A DNA stretch of 53,366 nucleotides from Amylibacter sp. (GTDB lineage: Bacteria; Pseudomonadota; Alphaproteobacteria; Rhodobacterales; Rhodobacteraceae): assembly GCA_021775375.1 (NCBI GenBank), contig JAJFHY010000114.1, positions 1 to 53,366 on the forward strand, read 5' to 3'. The notes beneath the pieces are model-generated. The model had not been told where the DNA came from, searched no databases, and saw only the letters and a program-made list of their open reading frames with translations. Positions within the stretch are counted from its first letter, which is position 1; each line of letters starts with the position of its first letter. Shown here piece after piece: positions 45,590 to 53,366 of the stretch. Made by a program: the position numbers and the translations under genes.

Positions 45590-47050
45590 ATGACCAAAGT
45601 TATCAAAAACGGCACCGTCTGCACCGCAGATCGCGCTTGGAAAGCCGACGTTCTAATTGACGGCGAAATCATCAAACAAATCGGTGAAAACCTGACGGGG
45701 GACGAGTATATCGATGCCGAAGGCGCGTATGTGATCCCGGGCGGGATTGATCCGCATACGCATCTGGAAATGCCGTTTATGGGCACGACTGCGGCCGAGA
45801 CTTTTGAAAGCGGTACTTGGGCAGCAGCCACGGGTGGCACGACGATGATTGTGGACTTTTGTCTGCCGGGTGCAGATGGGTCTATCAAGAACGCGATCAA
45901 TGAATGGCACCGCAAATCGGCGCCGCAAATCTGCTCGGATGTGGGCTATCACATGGCGATCACAGGCTGGAACGAAGACATCCACCGCGAGATGGAGGAT
46001 GCGGTGAAGATGGGTGTTAACAGCTTTAAACACTTCATGGCCTATAAGGGTGCCTTGATGGTGGAAGATGATGAGATGTTCGCGTCTTTTCAACGCTGTA
46101 AGGAGCTTGGTGCGCTGCCTATGGTGCACGCTGAAAATGGCGATCTTGTTGATTTGCTTCAGAAAAAATACATGGCCGAGGGTATTACAGGGCCGGAAGG
46201 TCATGCCTATTCACGCCCGCCTGAATTAGAGGGTGAGGCGGCGAACCGTGCGATCACTATTGCCGATGCGGCGGGGGTTCCGCTTTATATTGTGCATGTT
46301 TCTTGTGAGCAGGCACATGAAGCGATACGGCGTGCACGGCAAAAAGGCATGCGGGTTTATGGTGAACCTTTGATACAGTTTTTAACGTTGGATGAAAGCG
46401 AGTATTTCAACAAGGACTGGGACCATGCGGCGCGGCGTGTGATGTCGCCACCGTTTCGTAACAAGGAACATCAGGCGTCACTTTGGGCAGGTTTGCAATC
46501 TGGCAGTTTGCAGGTGGTTGCGACCGATCATGCGGCGTTTAATACCGAGCAAAAACGCGCTGGGCGCGATAATTTCTGCCTGATCCCCAATGGCTCGAAC
46601 GGCTTGGAAGAACGGCTTTCCGTGCTTTGGACTGAAGGCGTTGAAACCGGACGGTTGACGCCCAGTGAATTTGTTGCTGTGACCAGTACAAACGTGGCTA
46701 AAATCCTGAATATCTATCCGAAAAAAGGTGCGATTGTCGAAGGGGCGGACGCGGATATCGTGGTTTGGGACCCGAAGATTTCCAAGACGATTTCGCCCAG
46801 TAATCACCACTCGGTTCTGGATTATAACGTGTTTGAGGGTTTCAACGTCACGGCCAATGCGCGCTATACATTGTCGCGCGGCGAAGTGATCTGGGCATGG
46901 GGCAAAAACAGCCAACCGCAACCGGGCCGTGGCCGTTTCGTGCCACGCCCTGCGTTCCCGTCGGCACATGCCGCATTGAGCAAATGGAAAGAGCTGAACA
47001 GTCCGCGCAAAATCGAGCGTGATCCAATGAATATTCCTGCGGGGATTTAA
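45590..47050 (+). CDS. hydA: Dihydropyrimidinase
   Basis: PGGIDPHTH, SFKHFMAYKG, VHAENG, YIVHVS, VMSPP, ATDH. Confidence 0.95.
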   Translation: MTKVIKNGTVCTADRAWKADVLIDGEIIKQIGENLTGDEYIDAEGAYVIPGGIDPHTHLEMPFMGTTAAETFESGTWAAATGGTTMIVDFCLPGADGSIKNAINEWHRKSAPQICSDVGYHMAITGWNEDIHREMEDAVKMGVNSFKHFMAYKGALMVEDDEMFASFQRCKELGALPMVHAENGDLVDLLQKKYMAEGITGPEGHAYSRPPELEGEAANRAITIADAAGVPLYIVHVSCEQAHEAIRRARQKGMRVYGEPLIQFLTLDESEYFNKDWDHAARRVMSPPFRNKEHQASLWAGLQSGSLQVVATDHAAFNTEQKRAGRDNFCLIPNGSNGLEERLSVLWTEGVETGRLTPSEFVAVTSTNVAKILNIYPKKGAIVEGADADIVVWDPKISKTISPSNHHSVLDYNVFEGFNVTANARYTLSRGEVIWAWGKNSQPQPGRGRFVPRPAFPSAHAALSKWKELNSPRKIERDPMNIPAGI

Positions 47051-47062
47051 AAGGTTAATTTC

Positions 47063-47845
47063 GTGAACAAAGAAGTTATCATAGAAACCAAAGGTTTAGA
47101 CCTGACGTTTGAAACAAACGACGGGCCTGTGCACGCGTTGAAAGACATTAACCTGACGATCGGGAAGGGTGAATTTGTGTCTTTCATCGGGCCTTCGGGC
47201 TGCGGTAAAACCACGCTTTTGCGGGTGATGGCCGATCTGGAACAGCCTACGGGCGGGACCTGTACGGTGAACGGTGTCAGCCCGCATGAGGCGCGGATGG
47301 CGCGGGCTTATGGCTATGTTTTTCAGGCGGCGGGCCTGTATCCTTGGCGGACTATCGGGGGCAATATCAAGCTGCCGTTGGAGATTATGGGGTATTCGAA
47401 AGCCGAACAGATTGAGCGGGTTTCAAAGGTGTTGGAACTGGTGGAACTGGACGGTTTCGAGAAGAAATTCCCGTGGCAGTTGTCAGGCGGCATGCAGCAG
47501 CGTGCAAGCATCGCGCGGGCGCTTGCTTTTGACGCGGATATTTTGCTGATGGACGAGCCTTTCGGGGCCTTGGACGAGATCGTGCGCGACCATTTGAACG
47601 AGCAATTGCTGGCGCTTTGGGAGCGTACACACAAGACCATCGGTTTTGTCACACACTCGATCCCCGAGGCGGTGTACCTTTCGACCAAGATCGTTGTGAT
47701 GAGCCCGCGGCCCGGGCGGATTGCGGATATTATCGAAAGCACTTTACCGAAAGAACGCCCGTTGGAAATCCGCGACACGCCGGAGTTTATCGCGATTGCA
47801 CACCGCGTGCGCGAAGGCCTGCTTGAGGGGCACTCAAATGGTTAA
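47063..47845 (+). CDS. ABC ATP-binding protein (NitT/TauT type, pyrimidine uptake)
   Basis: GPSGCGKTT, LSGGMQQR, DEPFGALD, VTHSIPEA. Confidence 0.92.
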   Translation: MNKEVIIETKGLDLTFETNDGPVHALKDINLTIGKGEFVSFIGPSGCGKTTLLRVMADLEQPTGGTCTVNGVSPHEARMARAYGYVFQAAGLYPWRTIGGNIKLPLEIMGYSKAEQIERVSKVLELVELDGFEKKFPWQLSGGMQQRASIARALAFDADILLMDEPFGALDEIVRDHLNEQLLALWERTHKTIGFVTHSIPEAVYLSTKIVVMSPRPGRIADIIESTLPKERPLEIRDTPEFIAIAHRVREGLLEGHSNG

Positions 47846-47941
47846 CACGGGGCAAAAAGACGTGTCTGTTTTGCGTCTGTATCACGTCGGTATTGCGTCG
47901 GTATTTTGTCTGTTAACCAATTTGCGCACGGAGTGTGGTTT

Positions 47942-48805
47942 ATGAGGTCGTTTGCCCCTGTTCTGACCGTGGTCGGTGCGATTTTCGTGATCTGGTACGG
48001 GGCGGCTGTCGCGTTGAATTCCGCTTGGGCCTACGACAAGGCAAAGCGTGCGGATGTAAGCTTGAGTTTCACCGAAATGGTTGCGGATACGATGGTGCAG
48101 AAAAAACCACTGCTGCCGGCGCCGCATCAGGTTGCGGTTGAGATTTACAAAACCACTGTGCAGAAAAAGATCACTTCGAAACGTTCGCTGATCTGGCACG
48201 GCTGGATCACGCTATCAGCCACGCTTTTGGGGTTTGCCATGGGCACCGGGCTGGGCATTTTGTTGGCGGTCGGTATCGTCTATAGCCGCGCGATGGACAT
48301 GTCTGTTATGCCATGGGTGATCACCAGTCAAACCATTCCGATTCTGGCTGTGGCCCCGATGATAATCGTGGTGCTGAATGCGGTGGGTGTTTCGGGGCTT
48401 TTACCGAAAGCGATTATTTCGATGTATCTGTCGTTCTTCCCCGTGGTTGTGGGCATGGTCAAAGGGTTGCGGGCACCTGACGCGATGCAAATGGATCAAA
48501 TGCGCACGTGGAATACGTCTAAGGCCAAGACGTTTTGGAAACTGCGGTTGCCAAGCTCGATGCCTTATCTGTTTCCGTCGTTGAAGATCGCGATGGCGGC
48601 GTCTTTGGTAGGCGCTATCGTCGGTGAATTGCCGACGGGGGCTGTTGCTGGATTGGGTGCGCGGCTATTGGCGGGCAGTTATTACGGGCAGACCATTCAG
48701 ATTTGGAGTGCGTTGATTTCGGCGGCAATATTGGCGGCTATGCTGGTTGCGCTGATCGGGGTGTTGCAGAATATCACGCTGAAGCGGATGGGGATGCTGC
48801 GATGA
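47942..48805 (+). CDS. ABC permease (pyrimidine uptake)
   Basis: LPAPHQV, SQTIPILAVAPM, KLRLPSSMPYLF, GAIVGE. Confidence 0.9.
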   Translation: MRSFAPVLTVVGAIFVIWYGAAVALNSAWAYDKAKRADVSLSFTEMVADTMVQKKPLLPAPHQVAVEIYKTTVQKKITSKRSLIWHGWITLSATLLGFAMGTGLGILLAVGIVYSRAMDMSVMPWVITSQTIPILAVAPMIIVVLNAVGVSGLLPKAIISMYLSFFPVVVGMVKGLRAPDAMQMDQMRTWNTSKAKTFWKLRLPSSMPYLFPSLKIAMAASLVGAIVGELPTGAVAGLGARLLAGSYYGQTIQIWSALISAAILAAMLVALIGVLQNITLKRMGMLR

Positions 48806-49641
48806 TCTGGATTGTTGGAGCATTGATATTTTGGGCCGCAATGTGGGCTTTGAATGTGCAATTATCAAAAGGGCCACGGACACGGATTATATCGCTGACG
48901 GTGCCATTTATTTTCGGGATCACACTATTGGTTTTATGGGAAGGCATAGTGCGTGGGTTTCAGATCAGCCCCATACTATTACCACCGCCAAGTGCTATTG
49001 CTGTGCGGTTTGCAAATAGCTTGCCGATTCTGTGGGTAGATTTTGTACAGACCTTCGTGAAGGGCGCGTTATCGGGCTATATCATCGGATGCGGGGCGGC
49101 ATTTTTGACCGCGATTGCCGTGGATCGTTCGCCTTTCTTGCAACGCGGTCTGTTGCCTGTTGGCAATTTTGTGGCCGCCCTGCCGATTGTGGGCATGGCG
49201 CCCATATTGGTGATGTGGTTCGGGTTTGATTGGCAATCGAAGGCGGCTGTGGTTGTGGTGATGGTGTTTTTCCCGATGCTGGTGAATACGGTTGAGGGGT
49301 TAAGGGCTGCGGATCATATGCAGCGCGATTTGATGCGCACATACGGTGCGCGTTACTGGCAAGGATTGGCTAAACTGCGCCTGCCTGCAGCGATGCCGTT
49401 TATTTTCAACGGATTGAAAATTTGTTCGACACTTGCGCTGATCGGGGCCATTGTGGCAGAGTTCTTTGGCTCGCCTATCAAAGGTATGGGGTTTCGGATT
49501 TCAACGGAAGTCGGACGATTGGCATTGGATATGGTCTGGGCGGAAATTACGGTGGCGGCACTTGCAGGCTCGGCATTTTACGGGGCGGTGGCATTGATCG
49601 AGAAGGCGGTGACCTTCTGGCATCCATCGCAACGCGGATAA
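48802..49641 (+). CDS. ABC permease (pyrimidine uptake, second subunit)
   Basis: LPPPSAI, KLRLPAAMPFIFNGLKI, GAIVAEF; ATGA overlap with the previous gene. Confidence 0.9.
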   Translation: MIWIVGALIFWAAMWALNVQLSKGPRTRIISLTVPFIFGITLLVLWEGIVRGFQISPILLPPPSAIAVRFANSLPILWVDFVQTFVKGALSGYIIGCGAAFLTAIAVDRSPFLQRGLLPVGNFVAALPIVGMAPILVMWFGFDWQSKAAVVVVMVFFPMLVNTVEGLRAADHMQRDLMRTYGARYWQGLAKLRLPAAMPFIFNGLKICSTLALIGAIVAEFFGSPIKGMGFRISTEVGRLALDMVWAEITVAALAGSAFYGAVALIEKAVTFWHPSQRG

Positions 49642-49674
49642 GAGATATTAAATTAAGTTCAACAAGGGAGACTA

Positions 49675-50667
49675 ATGATGAATAGATTATTAACAACGGC
49701 ACTGGCTGGTGTTTTGGCACTGGGAACATCGGTTGCGCAAGCGGCTGACGATGTGAGTTTACAGCTGAAATGGGTCACGCAAGCACAGTTTGCGGGTTAC
49801 TACGTGGCATTGGACAAGGGGTTTTACAGTGATGAAGACCTGAATGTGACGATCAAGCCGGGTGGCCCCGATATTGCCCCTGCACAGGTGATCGCCGGTG
49901 GCGGGGCCGATGTGGTTCTGGACTGGATGCCGTCTGCATTGGCGTCGCGTGAAAAAGGTCTGGATCTGGTGAACATCGCGCAGCCGTTCAAGACATCAGG
50001 CATGATGCTGACGTGCCGCAAGGATGCGGGCGTTACATCGCCTGCGGATTTTGCAGGGAAAACTTTGGGTGTCTGGTTCTTCGGTAATGAATATCCTTTC
50101 CTTAGCTGGATGAGCAAGCTTGGTCTGAAAACTGACGGATCAGATGGTGGTGTGACGGTTCTGAAACAGGGCTTTAACGTTGACCCGATTTTGCAGGGTC
50201 AGGCGGCTTGTGTATCAACCATGACATATAACGAATACTGGCAGATCATTGACGCGGGATTGAAGCCCGAGGATTTGGTGGTGTTCAAATATGAAGATCA
50301 GGGTGTGGCGACACTTGAGGACGGTATGTATGTTTTGGGTGAGAACCTGAAAGATGCGGCGTTCAAGGACAAGATGGTACGTTTTGTGCGGGCGTCGATG
50401 AAAGGCTGGAAATGGGCAGAGGAAAACCCCGATGATGCGGCGATGATCGTGCTGGACAATGATGCGTCAGGTGCGCAAACCGAAGAACATCAGAAGCGGA
50501 TGATGGGTGAGATTGCCAAGCTGACTGCCGGGTCTAACGGGTCTCTTGATCCGGCCGATTTTCAGCGCACGGTGGACAGCTTGATGTCCGGCGGTTCTGA
50601 TCCTGTGATTACCAAGCAACCTATGGGTGCCTGGACGCATGAGATTACGGATGCTGCGCTGAATTAA
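49675..50667 (+). CDS. ABC substrate-binding protein (NMT1/THI5-like, pyrimidine)
   Basis: Signal peptide; LQLKWVTQAQFAGYYVA, MTYNEY, FVRASMKGW. Confidence 0.9.
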   Translation: MMNRLLTTALAGVLALGTSVAQAADDVSLQLKWVTQAQFAGYYVALDKGFYSDEDLNVTIKPGGPDIAPAQVIAGGGADVVLDWMPSALASREKGLDLVNIAQPFKTSGMMLTCRKDAGVTSPADFAGKTLGVWFFGNEYPFLSWMSKLGLKTDGSDGGVTVLKQGFNVDPILQGQAACVSTMTYNEYWQIIDAGLKPEDLVVFKYEDQGVATLEDGMYVLGENLKDAAFKDKMVRFVRASMKGWKWAEENPDDAAMIVLDNDASGAQTEEHQKRMMGEIAKLTAGSNGSLDPADFQRTVDSLMSGGSDPVITKQPMGAWTHEITDAALN

Positions 50668-50688
50668 GCCGGCACCTTATCAATTTTG

Positions 50689-50721
50689 AAAAGCCGCGTG
50701 CTGTTGGTGCGCGGTTTTTTT
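50689..50721. terminator. Bidirectional intrinsic terminator between convergent genes
   Basis: AAAA-GCCGCGTGC-loop-GTGCGCGGT-TTTTTT. Confidence 0.7.
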
Positions 50722-50725
50722 ATGT

Positions 50726-51634
50726 CTACCCTTTGCGGGAAAACGGATCGGGTGCTGTATGCAGACGCAGGTGCCGTATGAAAGCGCGCGCCACTCTGGG
50801 TAAGGGGCGCTGGGCAGACGTAGTGAAATAGCTGCGATATTCTATCGGTGAGGCAAAGGGAACAAAGCTAAGATCCGAGGAACGATAGTGGTAAATCGGG
50901 AAGGGGTTAACTACCGTCAGACCTAAACCTTCTTTTGCCAGATCAACAGCTGCGAAAGAGGTGGATACTTCGGCCACAATACGCGGGGTGCTTCGGGCCT
51001 GGCTGAGGATTTTATCAAGTTGGGTGCGTCGTGCATGCCTGTAAGTTAACGCGATAAGCGGCAAATCGTTCAAATCCTCTGGATGTATAACCTTTTTTTG
51101 TGCAAGTGGATGATCGGTTGTCATTGCGCATACAGCGCTTGATGTGCGGTAGGGTTGCAGTTTGAGACCGTCGCGGGACAATTCTACCCCTGTTAGCCCC
51201 AAATCGAAACGATCATCCAGAATGCCACGGATAACCTCGTCGGATGTGTTGACTTCCAAACTGACAAAGAAATGCGGGTTTACGCTAAGGAAGCTGGTGA
51301 TATGACTGACCAGAAACCGGTGTGCATAGGTGGGGGGCGCAATAATGCGCAGGGTTTCCTGCACAGGGACTTTAGGACCGTCGATCCTGTCCAATGCTTC
51401 GAACAAGGGATCAAGGCGGCGGTTCAGGCGCACGGCCTCTGCCGTGGGGCGCAAGCGGCCCGCGGAGCGTTCGAACAATATCTGCCCTGTGCGTGCTTCG
51501 AGGCTGGTTATTGAACGGCTGACTGCTGACTGTGACAGGCTTAGCCGTTCGGCGGCGGCCGTCGTTGTACCGCCCTGCATCAATGCACGCAGGGCTTGGT
51601 ATTCCGGCAGGCTGTGCCATGGTTTTGGTGCCAT
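50726..51634 (-). CDS. LysR family regulator
   Basis: GTTTAAAERLSLSQSAVSRSI..LE....LFER..GRLRPT. Confidence 0.9.
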   Translation of the reverse strand: MAPKPWHSLPEYQALRALMQGGTTTAAAERLSLSQSAVSRSITSLEARTGQILFERSAGRLRPTAEAVRLNRRLDPLFEALDRIDGPKVPVQETLRIIAPPTYAHRFLVSHITSFLSVNPHFFVSLEVNTSDEVIRGILDDRFDLGLTGVELSRDGLKLQPYRTSSAVCAMTTDHPLAQKKVIHPEDLNDLPLIALTYRHARRTQLDKILSQARSTPRIVAEVSTSFAAVDLAKEGLGLTVVNPFPIYHYRSSDLSFVPFASPIEYRSYFTTSAQRPLPRVARAFIRHLRLHTAPDPFSRKG

Positions 51635-51666
51635 TGGTATTTTCCTTGCGGAATCCTCATAGGAGT

Positions 51667-51681
51667 ATGATTATAACTCAT
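51667..51681. promoter_or_regulatory. LysR box ATGA-N7-TCAT
   Basis: ATGATTATAACTCAT in the divergent intergenic region. Confidence 0.5.
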
Positions 51682-51748
51682 GGTATTTATACTTGTCCAT
51701 GAATAATTCTAATGTAGGCTGACGACTTATTCTGCATAAGGGCCTTTC

Positions 51749-52810
51749 GTGACTGATAATCTGACACCGGCGATTTTCGACGGGCATAACGATGCTCTGC
51801 TTCAGCTTTACCGCGCTGGTGGTACATCTGTATCGGACAGTTTTATAACCGGGCGCAAAGGGGCAATTGATCTTGTAAAAGCAAAGGCGGGCGGATTTGC
51901 CGGCGGTTTTTTTGCGGTTTACATCCCGTCGCCGATTGACCGCGAAGAAAAAGTCGATGCGATGAGCCAGCCTAGCTATGATTTGCCGCTGCCAGAGCCG
52001 ATTGAATGGGAAGATGCATTGCCCGTAGCAATGACGGAAGCGGCTATCCTGTTTGATCTGGAAAAGCGCGGTGCCTTGAAAGTATGCCGTACAGTTGCTG
52101 ACATTCGGGGCGCAATGGATGCAGGCATTATGGCGGCTATTTTTCACATTGAAGGGGCAGAGGCTATTGACCCCGATTTGCATACGTTGGAGGTCCTGTA
52201 TCAGGCCGGATTGCGTTCCATCGGTCCTGTATGGAGTCGCGAAACTATTTTCGGCCATGGGGTTCCGTTTCGCTATCCAAGTGATCCCGACATAGGGCCC
52301 GGGTTAACCGATCATGGTTTGCGGCTGGTGAAACGCTGCAATGAATTGGGGATTATGATAGACTTATCCCATCTGAACAGCGCAGGATTTTGGGATGTTG
52401 CACGGCATTCGGATGCGCCTTTGGTGGCCACACATTCCAATGCCCACGTAATTTGCCAGCATTCGCGGAATTTAACGGACGATCAACTGGCGGCCATTCG
52501 TGAAAGTGACGGAATGGTGGGTTTGAATTTTGCCGCAGCATTTTTGCGCGATGACGGGCGGATGCTGGCGGATGTGCCGCTATCGCAGATGTTACGGCAC
52601 ATAGATTATTTGATTGAGCATCTGGGTGAAGATCGTGTTGGTCTTGGCTCGGATTATGATGGGGCGATTGTACCGACCGACGTAACCACGGTGGCCGACC
52701 TTCCCAACCTGAGACAGGCAATGGTGGGGCATGGATTTAACGATGCGTTAATGACTAAGCTTTGCCATGGAAACTGGCTGCGCGTTTTGGAGAAAACCTG
52801 GGGGGAATAA
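51749..52810 (+). CDS. Membrane (renal-type, M19) dipeptidase
   Basis: FDGHND, HIEGAE, IDLSH, ATHSN, GLGSDYDG, GNWLRVL. Confidence 0.92.
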   Translation: MTDNLTPAIFDGHNDALLQLYRAGGTSVSDSFITGRKGAIDLVKAKAGGFAGGFFAVYIPSPIDREEKVDAMSQPSYDLPLPEPIEWEDALPVAMTEAAILFDLEKRGALKVCRTVADIRGAMDAGIMAAIFHIEGAEAIDPDLHTLEVLYQAGLRSIGPVWSRETIFGHGVPFRYPSDPDIGPGLTDHGLRLVKRCNELGIMIDLSHLNSAGFWDVARHSDAPLVATHSNAHVICQHSRNLTDDQLAAIRESDGMVGLNFAAAFLRDDGRMLADVPLSQMLRHIDYLIEHLGEDRVGLGSDYDGAIVPTDVTTVADLPNLRQAMVGHGFNDALMTKLCHGNWLRVLEKTWGE

Positions 52811-52862
52811 TCTTGGGCCAATGCACAGCATAACATGAAACCAATAAAGAGAGGTTCTAATA

Positions 52863-53366
52863 ATGAATACATTTAATAGATTACTGATGGGTACGGCAAT
52901 CGGTCTTGCCGTCAGTGTAACATCAATAGCGGCATTTGCCGAAACACCCGGCAATATGCTGGTGATCGCCAACCGGATTGATGACATAACAACACTTGAT
53001 CCTGCAGAAAGCTTTGAGTTTGCGGGTTCCGACGTAAGCCGGAATATATACGGCAAGCTGGTCAATTTCGATCCGCTGAATCTGAGTGCAGGTTATGGCC
53101 CCGATCTGGCTGAAAGCTGGACGGTTAGTGAAGACGGTAAAACCATTACATTCACCATGCGTGACGGTGTGAAATTTCATTCCGGCAACCCTGTGCGCGC
53201 TGAAGATGCAGCGTTTTCACTGCGCCGTGCGGTTATCCTGAATAAAACACCTTCGTTCATTCTGACACAGTTCGGTTTTACAGCCGACAATGCCAATGAC
53301 ACAATCAAGGTTGACGGCAACAAAGTATCGATCACAACCGACAAGCGTTATGCGACGTCTTTCGTG
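52863..53366 (+). CDS. Peptide/oligopeptide ABC substrate-binding protein (family 5), 3'-truncated by the window edge
   Basis: Hand translation MNTFNRLLMGTAIGLAVSVTSIAAFAETPGNMLVIANRIDDITTLDPAESFE...PDLAESWTVSEDG..ITFTMRDGVKFHSGNP; not in the ORF track because it has no stop. Confidence 0.9.
   Translation, partial: MNTFNRLLMGTAIGLAVSVTSIAAFAETPGNMLVIANRIDDITTLDPAESFEFAGSDVSRNIYGKLVNFDPLNLSAGYGPDLAESWTVSEDGKTITFTMRDGVKFHSGNPVRAEDAAFSLRRAVILNKTPSFILTQFGFTADNANDTIKVDGNKVSITTDKRYATSFV

Noticed and set aside
7496-48805. Longest-ORF start codons in the track (e.g. 8326, 13721, 16747, 17879, 27272, 35844, 37007, 39439, 47906, 48703)
   Set aside because: Downstream ATGs fit family N-termini, RBS position or translational coupling better
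1-53366. CRISPR arrays, tRNA/rRNA, prophage or defence systems
   Set aside because: I saw no regularly spaced repeats, RNA-gene signatures, or phage or defence protein motifs by eye; a covariance-model search would be needed to exclude small ncRNAs

Overview
A gene-dense chromosomal window, most likely from a marine Rhodobacteraceae (Roseobacter-group) alphaproteobacterium, inferred from gene content and order. It holds about 50 CDS, almost all for nutrient uptake, catabolism or their regulation. In order: (1) a TRAP transporter with unusually long membrane subunits; (2) a ureohydrolase with a nonsense mutation plus an IS110 remnant, bracketed by two inverted GTAG-type REP copies; (3) a class III aminotransferase, DUF849 beta-keto acid cleavage enzyme, GDH and RpiR block interrupted by an orphan GtrB-like glycosyltransferase; (4) a sulfotransferase-like gene paired with a class IV aminotransferase; (5) an OxyR-like LysR facing GST, cupin, SDR, amine oxidase and fghA; (6) a histamine-dehydrogenase-like flavoprotein divergent from TetR, aruH-like, aruI-like and DDAH genes; (7) an alpha/beta hydrolase, DUF1348, PNPOx and LysR module; (8) a BlaI plus sensor-less M56 peptidase pair at the end of a glp-type glycerol ABC operon; (9) a Phn-like ABC transporter with a HAD phosphatase; (10) the reductive pyrimidine degradation cluster with RutR boxes and an AT-rich orphan insert; (11) the start of a dipeptidase and peptide ABC operon. 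I saw no rRNA, tRNA, CRISPR or intact mobile element. The best candidates for undescribed systems are BlaI/M56 proteolytic control of glycerol uptake, a guanidino-compound (agmatine or methylarginine) catabolic divergon, and a beta-amino-acid catabolic regulon. All family calls come from motifs recognised by eye; no searches were run.
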